Assembly: GCA_031256725.1 (NCBI GenBank)
Contig: JAIRQE010000004.1
Location: 1 to 32,000, forward strand
From: Propionibacteriaceae bacterium
GTDB taxonomy: Bacteria; Actinomycetota; Actinomycetes; Propionibacteriales; Propionibacteriaceae
Length of the DNA stretch: 32,000 nucleotides
Reading direction: 5' to 3'
Shown here: in pieces, positions 9,739 to 20,900 of the stretch
Layout: every line of letters begins with the position of its first letter
Numbering within the stretch: the stretch's first letter is position 1
Notes under the pieces: generated by a model
What the model saw: the letters and a program-made list of their open reading frames with translations, nothing else
The model's database searches: none
What the model was told of the DNA's origin: nothing
Program-made: the position numbers and the translations under genes

Positions 9739-10868
9739 ATCTCTTCCTCTGCTTCCAAGGTGGTCTTTCTCCCTGTCACAATCACAAAGACAAGAGTAGA
9801 AACGATGGCAATAACAACGATAGTGGCGGTGATGGCTGAGGGGAATAATCCAAGAAACATCGCAGAAAACGCCAGTAATGCAGTCCAGGAGTACATGAGT
9901 GCAACAGCGCCCATATGCGAGTGACCACGTTGAAGGAGGCGGTGATGAAGATGCTGTTTATCAGCAACGAACCACCACACTCCCTTCCAGGTTCGTCGAG
10001 TGTACGCGACAAACATATCTAGGAATGGTAATCCGAGGGCTATGAGAGGCAGTATGAGGGGAATATAGGCCGCAAAGAGGCTTTGAGTCTCTCCAAGCTG
10101 AGTGGGGTCAATCTGTCCTGTAAGAGAGATCGTTGAGGCCGCAAAGAGCAGACCCAAAAGCATCGCCCCAGAATCGCCCATAAAGATTTTGGCAGGATGG
10201 AAATTGTGGGGAAGATACCCCATACATATACCACACATGGCTATGGTCACCAAGGCAGCTGTGGTAGCTCGTACAAGCCCCTCCTCCACTGTGAGCCAAT
10301 AAGCGTAGATGAAGAAAGCACTGGCTGAAATAGTCACGATCCCAGCAGCGAGACCATCAAGTCCGTCAATAAGGTTGACTGCGTTGGTACATAAGAAAAC
10401 TACAAAAACTGTAATAAGAATACCAGCAGACTGCGGTAGGGTGATGATCTCTCCACGCCAGGGAAGCCATTGCATGCGTACCCCTTCGATTCCGAACCAT
10501 GGAAAACCCAAGACGAGGATCCCGGATGCGAAGATCTGTCCAGCAATCTTCATGAGAGCGTTCAGTTCGAAGAGGTCGTCAATAAGACCGATAAGGCAGA
10601 TGACTGTTGCCCCAGCAAGGATCACCAAGGTATCCGAGGTGACTGGTGGGTACCGGCTCAAGAAGGGCATCTTGGAAGCGATAAGGTAGGCGGCACCTAG
10701 CCCGCCGAGCATGGCTAATCCCCCAAAATATGGTGTTGGTTCGCTGTGGATATCTCGACTGCGGATCTTTGCCACAGCTCCAGTTCTTAGTGCGAGGGAG
10801 CGACAGGCTGGCGTGAGGGTGAAACAGACAGCAACGCCGATGAGGAAGACAATTCCGTATTCAAACAT
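9735..10868 (-). CDS. wecA: undecaprenyl-phosphate GlcNAc-1-phosphate transferase (MraY/WecA family, glycosyltransferase 4)
   Basis: Polytopic membrane protein with DDxxxL and NAVNLIDGLDGLA motifs, in the position of Rv1302 (rfe). The track start at 10871 is TTG. ATG at 10868 sits 5 nt after GGAGG, so it is preferred. Confidence 0.88.
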   Translation of the reverse strand: MFEYGIVFLIGVAVCFTLTPACRSLALRTGAVAKIRSRDIHSEPTPYFGGLAMLGGLGAAYLIASKMPFLSRYPPVTSDTLVILAGATVICLIGLIDDLFELNALMKIAGQIFASGILVLGFPWFGIEGVRMQWLPWRGEIITLPQSAGILITVFVVFLCTNAVNLIDGLDGLAAGIVTISASAFFIYAYWLTVEEGLVRATTAALVTIAMCGICMGYLPHNFHPAKIFMGDSGAMLLGLLFAASTISLTGQIDPTQLGETQSLFAAYIPLILPLIALGLPFLDMFVAYTRRTWKGVWWFVADKQHLHHRLLQRGHSHMGAVALMYSWTALLAFSAMFLGLFPSAITATIVVIAIVSTLVFVIVTGRKTTLEAEEEI

Positions 10869-11493
10869 CAATGCCTCCAGTTTCAGCTATCTTTTCTTCG
10901 GAGATTAACCCGACCCTTAAAACCCTGATCCCATCAGTTACATCCACAACAGTGGAGGGAGCCGGACCAGGTGTGGGTCCAGCATCAATATAGAGGTTGA
11001 CTTTAGTGCCTAGTTGAGAAATGGCTTCTTCAACTGTGGTTGCTGGATCACAGGTGTGCTTATTGGCGCTGGACACCGCCAGAGGGCCCGTGTGGCGCAG
11101 AAGACCACGAAGGCCGTCATGATCAGGGACTCTCAACCCAAGTGTCCCTGTTGTTTCCGCCAAAGACAGAGTGGATTTGGTTGGCAGGATCAGTGTGAGA
11201 GGGCCAGGCCAGAACCGCTCACCAAGGGCCCTTATGGATTCGGATACAGGATCAACAAGAGCCCATACCTGTTCCATGTCAGCTACGAGTACAGGAGGTG
11301 GGAAGGTATCTGTACGCCCTTTGATCTGTTGGAGTAGAGCGATTGCTGTCGGATCTGAGGCAGGTACCGCTAATCCGTAAACAGTGTCTGTGGGTACAAC
11401 GATGCATCCACCCTCATCTAGGATCGACACTGCCGTCTCGATGACCTGGGGGTCATCAAAGCTCAATGATCGAGGGGTACCTGCAAGGCTCAT
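10861..11493 (-). CDS. tsaC: L-threonylcarbamoyladenylate synthase (Sua5/YwlC/TsaC family)
   Basis: Carries VVPTDTVYGL and KGR...PPPVLV motifs, in the position of Rv1301. The track start (11532) is a TTG that overlaps prmC by 32 nt. ATG at 11493 removes that overlap and gives a more usual N-terminal length. The start remains uncertain. Confidence 0.85.
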   Translation of the reverse strand: MSLAGTPRSLSFDDPQVIETAVSILDEGGCIVVPTDTVYGLAVPASDPTAIALLQQIKGRTDTFPPPVLVADMEQVWALVDPVSESIRALGERFWPGPLTLILPTKSTLSLAETTGTLGLRVPDHDGLRGLLRHTGPLAVSSANKHTCDPATTVEEAISQLGTKVNLYIDAGPTPGPAPSTVVDVTDGIRVLRVGLISEEKIAETGGIDV

Positions 11494-11500
11494 GAGTCCA

Positions 11501-12340
11501 TCATTCCATGTCCGGCTTGGTTGCTGTGACAAAGCGGGGCCGAGATGTGAGATCCAGATGGGTTTTGATGTTCACAAAACCAGTGGATTCAAAGATCCTT
11601 CTCACCTGTTCTGCCTGATCATCCCCATGTTCAGATCCCACTACTGACCCAGGTTTGAGGAGACGTTTCGCCACCTGAGCCACGGTACGAAGATGGTCAA
11701 GACCATCAACTCCTGAGAAGAGAGCGGTGCTTGGGTCATGTGAGACATCCACAGGAAGAGATTCGCGATCTATCTCGGGTATATAGGGTGGATTAGCCAC
11801 CACCAGGTCTATAGTGCCATTGAGTTGCCTCAAGGCTGTTGCCATATCGTCATGAACGGGTACCACAGTGGTCGACCTGAGGTTCTCAACAAGATAACCG
11901 AAGGCATTCTCACTGAGTTCAACAGCCCAGTGATGAGCGGGTCGAGATTCCTGGGCTATGGCAAGGGAGATAGCCCCTGATCCTGCACATAACTCAACCA
12001 CGGAGGTACGACCCCTGTTCACCTGGTCGATTGCCCATCCAGCGAGTACCTCTGTCTCAGGGCGAGGAATGAACACTCCAGGACCCACACGGACTCGCGT
12101 GTGACGGAAGTATGCATACCCCATGATCTGTTGAAGAGGGGTACCCTCGCAACGCTGATCAACATAGCGTGCCACGAGGGTTTCTTGCTGGGATTCCAAG
12201 GAGTCAAGAAAGACCAACCGTGAGGGCTCAACTCCCGCAGCAAAGGCAATGAGACTACGCGCCTCAGATGTTGAGGATTCTATTCCAGCGTGAGCCAGTC
12301 TTTGTGATAATGACGAGACTAGCTGGCCTATGGGGGTCAC
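11501..12340 (-). CDS. prmC: peptide chain release factor N5-glutamine methyltransferase
   Basis: 279 aa with the NPPY motif ([10 protein letters not shown]) and SAM-binding [11 protein letters not shown]. The GTG start forms a GTGA overlap with the prfA stop. Confidence 0.92.
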   Translation of the reverse strand: MTPIGQLVSSLSQRLAHAGIESSTSEARSLIAFAAGVEPSRLVFLDSLESQQETLVARYVDQRCEGTPLQQIMGYAYFRHTRVRVGPGVFIPRPETEVLAGWAIDQVNRGRTSVVELCAGSGAISLAIAQESRPAHHWAVELSENAFGYLVENLRSTTVVPVHDDMATALRQLNGTIDLVVANPPYIPEIDRESLPVDVSHDPSTALFSGVDGLDHLRTVAQVAKRLLKPGSVVGSEHGDDQAEQVRRIFESTGFVNIKTHLDLTSRPRFVTATKPDME

Positions 12341-13407
12341 TGGTTTCCTTGAGTGGCCTGGGCCAGTCTCTCGGCTAGATCAGCTTCCTGAAGGGCAGTA
12401 ATCAGAGGTTGGATTTCCCCTGCGAGGACCTGATCAAGATTATGGGCCTTAAAGCCAATACGATGGTCGGCAATGCGGTTCTCGGGGAAGTTGTAGGTCC
12501 GAATTCTTTCGGATCGGTCCACGGTACGTACCTGTGATTTTCTAGCCTCAGAGGCAGATTGGGCTGCCTGCTCCTCAGCCAAGGTGGTCAGCCGGGCACG
12601 AAGCATCCTCATGGCTGACTCCTTGTTCTGGAGTTGGGAGCGCTCATTTTGGCAGGAGACCACAGTTCCACTGGGAATGTGTGTGATGCGTACTGCTGAG
12701 TCTGTGGTGTTCACTCCCTGTCCCCCAGGTCCAGAGGCGCGAAAGACATCGATACGCAGGTCAGAATCATCGATCACAATCTCGGTGTCATCAATCTCTG
12801 GCATGACTAGCACACCAGCAGCAGAGGTGTGTATTCGCCCTTGTGACTCTGTAACTGGCACCCTTTGTACTCGGTGTACTCCTCCCTCAAATTTGAGGGC
12901 ACCATAGGGAGCCTCCTCACCTGTACTGCCTTTGACCGCAAAGGTGATGGTTTTGAGTCCTCCAAGATCTGTATCTTGGGAATCGAGGACATCGATAGAC
13001 CATCGGCGAGATTCGATGTACTTGATATACATCCCAAAGAGATCCTTGGCGAAGAGAGCCGATTCCTCTCCGCCCTCACCGGACTTGATTTCCATGATCG
13101 CGTCCCTGGAATCATTAGGATCACGTGGAGCAAGAAGTTTAGCCAAACGTTCATCAGTGTCGGCAAGGGCTGCCTCAAGGCTTATGACCTCGTCAGCGAA
13201 ACCAGGATCCATCTCAGCAAGTTCCTTGGCTGCTTCGATGTCTGCGGTTAATTGATCCTTGTCCTTGAGACCTTTGACGATGGGAGTGAGTTCGGCGTAC
13301 CGACGACCTAACCTCCGAGCCATGGTCACATCAGCATGAATCGAGGGGTCAGCGAGTTTCAACTCAAGATCATGGTGTTCCTCGATGAGGTCCTGTGCAC
13401 CAGCCAC
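12337..13407 (-). CDS. prfA: peptide chain release factor 1
   Basis: 356 aa with GGQ ([11 protein letters not shown]) and the RF1-type PVT tripeptide. GTG start with AAGGGG upstream. Confidence 0.97.
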   Translation of the reverse strand: MAGAQDLIEEHHDLELKLADPSIHADVTMARRLGRRYAELTPIVKGLKDKDQLTADIEAAKELAEMDPGFADEVISLEAALADTDERLAKLLAPRDPNDSRDAIMEIKSGEGGEESALFAKDLFGMYIKYIESRRWSIDVLDSQDTDLGGLKTITFAVKGSTGEEAPYGALKFEGGVHRVQRVPVTESQGRIHTSAAGVLVMPEIDDTEIVIDDSDLRIDVFRASGPGGQGVNTTDSAVRITHIPSGTVVSCQNERSQLQNKESAMRMLRARLTTLAEEQAAQSASEARKSQVRTVDRSERIRTYNFPENRIADHRIGFKAHNLDQVLAGEIQPLITALQEADLAERLAQATQGNQ

Positions 13408-13468
13408 GATTCGCCCCTTTCAAGAAATGCAACAGCACCGGGGCATGCCCGGCACTGAGCCTAAAGAG

Positions 13469-13690
13469 CTACTTAGATTTTGCCTGGCTTGAGTAGCGAC
13501 GCTCGAATCGTGCCACACGACCACCAGTATCGAGGATCTTCTGCTTGCCCGTGTAGAAGGGGTGGCAATTTGAACAGACTTCAGCGTGAATCGAGCCAGA
13601 GGTCTGTGTTGAGCGGGTTGTGAAATGGTTTCCACAGGTACAGGTCACCTCAGTGACCACGTAGTCAGGATGAGCTCCTGCTTTCATCAT
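13469..13690 (-). CDS. rpmE: 50S ribosomal protein L31, Zn-ribbon (type A) form
   Basis: 73 aa with the CTCG...CSNCH cysteine pairs and [16 protein letters not shown] lies upstream of the ATGATG. Confidence 0.95.
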   Translation of the reverse strand: MMKAGAHPDYVVTEVTCTCGNHFTTRSTQTSGSIHAEVCSNCHPFYTGKQKILDTGGRVARFERRYSSQAKSK

Positions 13691-13752
13691 ATTCTCCTAG
13701 TTGTCATGCACCGGGTCGGGAGTACGTGAACCGGCACCGAGGGTCAATTATG

Positions 13753-13768
13753 CCAGGTAGTCACCTGG
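13753..13768 (-). terminator. short hairpin just downstream of the rho stop (weak terminator or processing candidate)
   Basis: CCAGGT agtc ACCTGG is a perfect 6-bp stem, 19 nt past the rho stop codon. There is no U-tract, and rpmE follows 63 nt later, so read-through is likely. Confidence 0.25.
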
Positions 13769-13786
13769 TTGTCACGGCCATAAACC

Positions 13787-15361
13787 TTAGTTTGGTGTGG
13801 TCCGTGAAATTTGGAGAAGGAACTCGTGGTTGGAGTTAGTCTTCCGCATCTGCTTAAGGAGCATCTCTAGGGCAGCTTGGTCTTCCATCCCGGACAGTAC
13901 GCGGCGAAGCTTCCAAATGATGGCCAATTCTTCACGACTCATAAGGAGCTCTTCACGACGGGTACCTGACGCATCAATATCGATTGCTGGGAATATGCGC
14001 TTATCAGCCAGGTCACGGCGAAGCCTGAGCTCCATGTTGCCTGTACCCTTGAACTCCTCAAAGATCACCTCATCCATCTTGGAGCCGGTCTCAATGAGTG
14101 CGGTAGCAAGGATAGTGAGCGATCCCCCATCTTCGATGTTACGCGCAGCACCGAAGAACTTCTTTGGTGGATACAGGGCAGCTGAATCCACACCACCCGA
14201 CAGGATTCGACCAGATGCTGGTGCAGCAAGGTTATAGGCGCGACCCAAGCGTGTGATTCCGTCAAGAAGGATCACGACATCCTTACCCATCTCAACCAGG
14301 CGCTTTGCTCTTTCAATGGCGAGTTCGGAGATCGTGGTGTGGTCTTCTGCAGGACGATCGAAGGTGGAAGCAATGACTTCACCTGAGACCGTACGCTGGA
14401 AATCAGTAACTTCCTCAGGGCGTTCATCAACAAGAATAACCATGAGATGAACCTCAGGGTTATTGTCTGTGATGGCATTCGCAATGGCTTGCATGATCAT
14501 GGTCTTGCCTGCCTTAGGCGGGGAGACGATCAAGCCTCGCTGACCCTTACCGATGGGCGCAATCATGTCGATGATGCGACCAGTCATCTTTGTAGGATCG
14601 GTCTCTAGACGTAGCCTTTCTTGAGGATATAAAGGCGTGAGTTTAGGGAAGTCAGGTCGATCTTTAGCCGACTCAGGATCCATTCCATTGACGGTCTCCA
14701 AAGCAACGAAGGGACTGAACTTTTCTTTACGATCCCCCTCACGAGGAAGTCTCACCGAGCCAGTGACAAGGTCACCTTTGCGGAGACCAAATTTGCGTAC
14801 CATCCCTAGTGGCATATAGGCATCATCAGGACTAGGAAGATAACCATTGGTACGAATGAAGGCATATCCCTCCATGACATCAACAATTCCACGTACAGGA
14901 GCAAGAACATCGTCTGCTGAGACCTGAGGTTCAGAATCCATTCTCTCCATTCCCCCACGCCTGCGATTCTGTCTGTCACGGTTGCGACGTCTACGGTTGC
15001 GGCGAGAGTTCGGGGAATCGTCATCCTCTTTGGATGAGTCTTGGCTAGCATCAGCAGTGTCCTGTTGCTTGGGCGCTTCTGCGCCAGCATCCATTCCTAG
15101 AGCAGCCAAGCGAGCACCCACCTCATCGGAGACACTCGCATCGGCTTCCGTCGAAGGCTTACGTGTACGTCGGCGTAGATTGTGCTGTTCGCCAGATCCA
15201 TCATCGCCTTGAGCAGTCGTAGATTCAGACTGCGAGGGCGAGGTCTCGGAGATCCTCTCAATGAGTTCCGATTTTCGCATTCCGGCTACCTTCGCAATGC
15301 CAAGTTCCGAAGCTACCTTACGCAACTCTGGTAGAAGCATTGACTCAAGTTGTGCGCTCAC
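13787..15361 (-). CDS. rho: transcription termination factor Rho with an Arg/Asp/Ser-rich N-terminal insertion
   Basis: 524 aa with a Rho_N start (LLPELRKVASELGI), P-loop PPKAGKT, and a conserved C-terminal ATPase. A disordered insert of roughly 130 aa (RRNRRRRNRDRQNRRRG) is typical of actinobacterial Rho. GTG start with GGAGAGGA upstream. Confidence 0.97.
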   Translation of the reverse strand: MSAQLESMLLPELRKVASELGIAKVAGMRKSELIERISETSPSQSESTTAQGDDGSGEQHNLRRRTRKPSTEADASVSDEVGARLAALGMDAGAEAPKQQDTADASQDSSKEDDDSPNSRRNRRRRNRDRQNRRRGGMERMDSEPQVSADDVLAPVRGIVDVMEGYAFIRTNGYLPSPDDAYMPLGMVRKFGLRKGDLVTGSVRLPREGDRKEKFSPFVALETVNGMDPESAKDRPDFPKLTPLYPQERLRLETDPTKMTGRIIDMIAPIGKGQRGLIVSPPKAGKTMIMQAIANAITDNNPEVHLMVILVDERPEEVTDFQRTVSGEVIASTFDRPAEDHTTISELAIERAKRLVEMGKDVVILLDGITRLGRAYNLAAPASGRILSGGVDSAALYPPKKFFGAARNIEDGGSLTILATALIETGSKMDEVIFEEFKGTGNMELRLRRDLADKRIFPAIDIDASGTRREELLMSREELAIIWKLRRVLSGMEDQAALEMLLKQMRKTNSNHEFLLQISRTTPN

Positions 15362-15541
15362 GGATGTCCTCTCCGTTGGTGATATTCGCCGTCCATTGGT
15401 CTTTATTCATAGTCCAAGACCAGTAAGGACCACGAGGTGATTGTGAGATTGGTTGCCCGTCATCAATAGTGATGAAGCTGACCCCTAGGGAGGTGTTGTC
15501 ATCCCCAGCCGAGGAAAGCCTATCACGAAAGGGGCACTGTG

Positions 15542-16156
15542 TCAGGCTATTTCTCGTGAAGATGCTTCAATCAACTGAGTCTTGAGTTGGTCGTAGCTTG
15601 TCACAACCGGTAATTGAGGAAATTCATCAATGACATTCTGCGGTGGTTTGAAGAGGAATCCATGCTCAGCAGCAAGCAACATACCCGTGTCATTATAGGA
15701 ATCCCCCACTGCGAACACGGTGAAATTGAGGCCCTGGAAGGCCCGTATAGCAGCCTCTTTTTGACGAGGAAGCCTCAGGTGGTAATCCACGATGCGATTA
15801 TTCTCGCCAATTTCCAGGTTATGGCAGAACAGTGTCGGGAAACCGAGTTGCCTCATGAGTGGTTCCGCGAATTGGTAGAAGGTATCCGAGAGGATCACAA
15901 CCTGGAAATTCTCATGAGTCCACTCCAGAAACTCTCGAGCCCCCGGCATGGGTTCCATTGATGCAATCACTGATTGGATCTCAGCTATTCCTAGACCATG
16001 ATCATCAAGGGTACGAAGACGATAGGTCATCAGTTCGTCGTAATCGGGTACATCCCTAGTCGTGAGCTTCAATGCCTCGACCCCCGTATGAGCAGCGACA
16101 TTAATCCAAATCTCGGGTACGAAAACCCCTTCAAGATCAAAGCACAGTACCTCCAT
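15542..16156 (-). CDS. thrH: ThrH-type HAD phosphatase (phosphoserine phosphatase / homoserine phosphotransferase family)
   Basis: From MEVLCFDLEGVFVPEIWI... the protein is collinear, with many identical blocks, with Pseudomonas aeruginosa ThrH as I recall it (MEIACLDLEGVLVPEIWI..., VVILSDTFY, PLMRQLGFPTL, GDSYNDT). The ATG at 16156 matches the ThrH N-terminus. The longer track start at 16183 is possible. Confidence 0.8.
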   Translation of the reverse strand: MEVLCFDLEGVFVPEIWINVAAHTGVEALKLTTRDVPDYDELMTYRLRTLDDHGLGIAEIQSVIASMEPMPGAREFLEWTHENFQVVILSDTFYQFAEPLMRQLGFPTLFCHNLEIGENNRIVDYHLRLPRQKEAAIRAFQGLNFTVFAVGDSYNDTGMLLAAEHGFLFKPPQNVIDEFPQLPVVTSYDQLKTQLIEASSREIA

Positions 16157-16206
16157 CGCCACTGTACGACTCCCTTCAGTCAATGGGCGCGATTCCCAGA
16201 TCAGAA

Positions 16207-17610
16207 CTATCCTAGTGTTTTATCGTCCTCACCAACATCAAGTGCAAGGAGGTCTTCCAGGGTTTCTCGGCGAAGGATGAGACGAGATCCCTTAGAGTTC
16301 ACCGCAACCATCGCTGGACGTAGGGCGTAATTGTAATTCGAGGCCATGGATCGGGTGTAAGCACCAGAAGCAGGGACTGCAATGATGTCGCCAATTCTAA
16401 GGTCGGATGGCAGATACACATCGTGGACCAGGATGTCACCTGATTCGCAATGTTTGCCCACCACTCTGCTCAACATAGGCTCAGCATCTGATGAACGGTT
16501 GGCTAGTACTGCAGAGTACTCAGCCTGGTAGAGGGCTGTCCGGATGTTGTCACTCATTCCCCCATCCACCGCAACATAGGTACGGGTTTTTCCGTCACCG
16601 ATGTCGACCTTCTTAATGGTTCCCACTGTGTACAAGGCCACACAGGCTGGTCCGCAAATGGCTCGACCAGGTTCGATAGACAGCTTTACAGGAGCCAGGT
16701 TGTATTGACTTCTCGCCTCATCTATGGCCTGGACAAGTCCACGGTTGAGCTCAGCCGGACTCATGGGTGTGTCCTGAATCGTGTAGGCAATTCCAAACCC
16801 TCCACCGAGGTTGATCTCTTCAATCATGTGGGAAGCGGAATTAAACTGTGCAGCCAAAGCCATGGTTCGTCGTGCTGCTACCCTAAAACCCTCGGTGTCG
16901 AAGATCTGCGACCCGATATGGGAATGAATACCACCTAGGTGAATATGGGGTGAATTCTCGCATACCATAAGCGCTTCAAGGGCCTGTCCTGTCGTAACAG
17001 AGAAGCCAAACTTTCCGTCTTCTAGGGAGGTTGCAATGTACTCATGGGTGTGAGCCTCAACACCAGTTGTCACTCGCACAAGCACCCGCACGATGCACTC
17101 TCTTTGGGCAGCAAGGGTCTCAATCTTGGCAATCTCGTCGAAGGAATCGACAATGATGGACCCCACTCCTGCTTCGATTGCACTTATCAATTCCTCGATG
17201 GATTTGTTGTTGCCGTGTACCCCTATTCGCTCGGGAGGGAAACCTACAGACAGGGCCACGGCCAATTCGTTCCCAGAGCAGACATCAAGACCAAGCCCCT
17301 CCTCCATGATCCACCGGGCCACACTTCGGCACAGGAACGACTTGCCAGCATAGTGAACTGTCCAGCCAGGGAAGTCAGTGGTGAACTGATGGGCACGGGT
17401 ACGGAAATCCTCTTCATCCATCACATACAAAGCGGACCCATACTGCTCAAGAAGAGCGTTCACCGTCTGTCCACCAATCAAGATTTGGCCGCTGAGATCA
17501 CGAACTGTCCCCTGAGGCCACAGAACAGGATCAAGGAATCCAAGATCCTCAGGTACCGTCAGCCAGGGTGGGCCTGCATGGTCAGAACTAGACAAGTTGG
17601 GGTTGTGCAT
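16207..17610 (-). CDS. lysA: diaminopimelate decarboxylase
   Basis: Fold-III PLP decarboxylase with HYAGKSF (PLP Lys), GGGFGI, EPGRA and CESGD motifs. The track ORF runs to 17685, which overlaps the tRNA gene. The first ATG clear of the tRNA is 17610 (MHNPNL...). Confidence 0.93.
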   Translation of the reverse strand: MHNPNLSSSDHAGPPWLTVPEDLGFLDPVLWPQGTVRDLSGQILIGGQTVNALLEQYGSALYVMDEEDFRTRAHQFTTDFPGWTVHYAGKSFLCRSVARWIMEEGLGLDVCSGNELAVALSVGFPPERIGVHGNNKSIEELISAIEAGVGSIIVDSFDEIAKIETLAAQRECIVRVLVRVTTGVEAHTHEYIATSLEDGKFGFSVTTGQALEALMVCENSPHIHLGGIHSHIGSQIFDTEGFRVAARRTMALAAQFNSASHMIEEINLGGGFGIAYTIQDTPMSPAELNRGLVQAIDEARSQYNLAPVKLSIEPGRAICGPACVALYTVGTIKKVDIGDGKTRTYVAVDGGMSDNIRTALYQAEYSAVLANRSSDAEPMLSRVVGKHCESGDILVHDVYLPSDLRIGDIIAVPASGAYTRSMASNYNYALRPAMVAVNSKGSRLILRRETLEDLLALDVGEDDKTLG

Positions 17611-17677
17611 GGGATAACTGTATCGGGTCAACCCGGCTGTGGTTGACTCTAACCTCTGATAGAGTGTTAGGCCGCTG

Positions 17678-17749
17678 GCCCCCATAGCTCAGTGGATAGA
17701 GCACCGCCCTCCGGAGGCGGGTGCGGGCGTTCGAATCGCCCTGGGGGCG
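17678..17749 (+). tRNA. tRNA-Arg (anticodon CCG)
   Basis: Hand-folded cloverleaf. Acceptor stem is GCCCCCA/TGGGGGC and D stem is GCTC/GAGC with loop AGTGGATA. Anticodon stem is CCGCC/GGCGG with loop CTCCGGA. The variable loop is 4 nt, and the T arm is GGGCG-TTCGAAT-CGCCC. The discriminator is G, and CCA is not encoded. Confidence 0.93.
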
Positions 17750-17860
17750 CCGAGCCTATCGACTTTGGCGCTCTTTGACCCACATCGAATCTACATTCCC
17801 CCTATTTCTTAATGCTCTCATAGTTTCTTCATCAATTACACAATGGATTGAGGTAAGGGG

Positions 17861-17889
17861 TTACATTAATCATGATCCCAGGGTAGACT
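17861..17889 (+). promoter_or_regulatory. candidate sigma-A-type promoter for kgd
   Basis: TTACAT (17861-17866), 17 nt spacer, TAGACT (17884-17889), in an AT-rich spacer. This is a pattern match only. Confidence 0.35.
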
Positions 17890-17910
17890 AACAATGCCCT
17901 ACATGACGAT

Positions 17911-20900
17911 ATGCCTTTGGGAGAGGGTGACTTGGTAGTGACGGACACTTTCGGAGTGAATCAATGGCTCATAGATGAAATGCGACAGGCCTGGAGAATC
18001 GATCCCCATTCCGTGTCCAGAAGTTGGGGGATCTTTTTCGAGGACGAGATACCACACGGTTCCCAGGCCCACAACACAACACAGGTCTTAGGGTCTCGCG
18101 GGTCAACAGAACCACCACTCAAAAAGGCATCTGAGGATTGTGTACCTCACAAGTCTTCTACTCAAGCCTCTGAATCTTCGACTGTGAGCCCTTCTGCGGA
18201 ATTGACCATTCTTAGGGGCGCAAGTCTGAGGACTGCACACAACATGATGGACTCCCTTGAGATTCCTGTGGCGACCTCAGTTCGTACGGTACCTATGAAG
18301 CTGGTTATTGATCTTCGCGAACAGATCAATAATCATTTGATGCTGACACGAGGTGGGAAAGTATCCTTCACCCACATCATTGCCTACGCGATGGTGAGGG
18401 CCCTAGACGAGAACCGAGAAGTCACTGCCTATTTTCAATCCGATCCTGAGGCATTCATCATTCCTGAGTCGGTGAATCTTGGACTCGCCATTGACCGCAC
18501 CCGCCACGATGGTACCCGCCAACTCTTGGTACCGGTCATCAAGGGTACAGAATCCATGGACTTCACCCACTTCCATTCGACCTACGAGGATCTAATCAAA
18601 CGTACCCATGCTGGATCATTGAGTTTAGGTGATCTGACAGGAGCCACTGTCACTCTCACGAATCCGGGAACTGTGGGTACGAGCCATTCAGTTCCACGCC
18701 TGATGAAAGGTCAAGGACTCATCCTGGGGGTGGGTGCTATTGACTACGCCCCAGGATTCAAGGGGGCGAGCCCAGCACGGCTGTCCGAGATGGGGATCTC
18801 GAAAGTCATGACACTCACCTCAACCTATGATCATCACGTCATCCAGGGCGCGCAATCGGGAGAATTCTTAAGGTACATCGAAGAACTACTCACAGGCCAC
18901 CACCATTTCTTCAAGCAGATCTTTGAGTCCTTGCGAATCCCGTACGCTCCCCTGACCTGGGATACAGACATCGCTACGACACGGCAGAATCAGGTCGCAA
19001 AAACCGCCAGAGTGGTCGAACTTATTAGCGCCTATCGATCTTTCGGACATCTCATCGCTGACATTGATCCTCTGACGTACAAGATGAGATCACACACTGA
19101 TCTTGAACTAGCTACCCATGGTTTGACCCTATGGGACCTTGATCGTGAGTTCGCAGTCGGAAATCTGGGAGGCAATCCCCACCAGTACCTCTCCTTACGA
19201 CAGATTCTCGCAACCCTCCAAAATGCCTATTGCCGTACAGTCGGGGTTGAGTACTCTCATATCGCTAATCCGCAGGTGAGATCCTGGCTCCAGGAACGAC
19301 TCGAAACTGTGCGCCAACCCATAGAGCACGCCGAGCACATGAGAATCCTGGATCGCCTCAATGAGGCTGAAGTCTTCGAACAATTCCTGCAAAAGAAGTT
19401 TGTGGGTCAAAAACGGTTCTCCCTTGAGGGTGGGGAATCAACAATCGTGATCCTTGACCAAATTTGTACCCTAGCTGCCAATAATTCTCTTATGGAGGTG
19501 TGCATTGGAATGTCCCATCGTGGACGACTCAATGTTCTAGCCAACATTGTGGGGAAGTCCTATGCACAAATCTTCCAAGAATTTGAGGAAGGAATCGAGC
19601 CCGGTTCAGGAACAGGATCAGGTGATGTGAAATACCATCTGGGAGCCCAAGGGAGATTCTTGGCTGCATCTGGGTTCGGAATTGATGTTTCAGTGGCTGC
19701 AAATCCCTCACATTTAGAGACTGTGGATCCTGTACTTCTGGGAATCACCAGAGCCAAACAGGATATGGCTCGGCTTGGATATCGGTACTCAGTTGTACCC
19801 ATCCTCATTCATGGTGACTCGGCATTCTCAGGACAGGGTGTCGTCTATGAAACCCTGCAGATGTCTCAGTTGGAGGCCTACACCACAGGTGGCACCATCC
19901 ATCTGGTCATCAACAATCAGATTGGGTTTACGACGGCTCCCGCCCAGTCCCGATCCTCCACCTATTGCACTGACATCGCCAAAGTGGTTCAAGCACCCAT
20001 CTTCCATGTCAACGCTGATGATGCCGATGCCTGTGTACGTGTGGCTCGCCTGGCCTTCTCCTATCGCGAAAGCTTTCATAGCGATGTTGTCATTGACCTA
20101 GTCTGTTATCGCAAGCGGGGCCACAATGAGGGTGATGATCCGAGTTTCACACAGCCCGCAATGTACGACCTGATCGAAAACAAGAGAAGTATCAGAACTC
20201 TCTATACCGAAGCTCTCATTGGCCAAGGAGAGATCTCTAGTGAAGATGCCGAGGAGGCTGAGAGGAGGTACCAGGATCGACTGGAGTCCGTCCTGGCACA
20301 GGTACGCCTAGGGGATGACGTCGTGATCCACGATGACGAATATCTGCGAACCCCCCAGTACCCAGTCAAAACCACAACAGGGGTGGTACAGGCCATCACT
20401 GAGGAAATGATGGAGACCATCGCTAAAGTACATGAGAGTTTCCCGGAACGGTTCACTGCTCACCCACGAGTGGGCTCCCAGCTTTCCAGGCGTACAACAA
20501 TGATCCGCAAGGGTCCCCTTGACTGGGCAACAGCAGAATTATTGGGGCTTGGATCCCTTGCCCTGGAGGGAAAAACAGTTCGCTTGGCTGGGCAAGACAG
20601 CCGTCGAGGTACCTTCTCCCAGCGGCTTGCAGCCATCGTGGACCGGGTCACCAATGAGAGCTATGTACCTCTGAAGCATCTTTCCCCTCACCAGGGTTCT
20701 TTCGAGGTTTATGACTCCCTGCTGAGCGAATATGCTGCTTTAGGGTTTGAGTACGGATACTCTGTCGCCTCACCACAAGCCTTTGTGATTTGGGAGGCCC
20801 AATTTGGGGATTTCGCGAATACTGCCCAAGCCATCATTGATGAGTTCATTTGTTCTGGGGAAGCCAAATGGCAGCAGCATTGCGGAGTAGTTCTCCTTCT

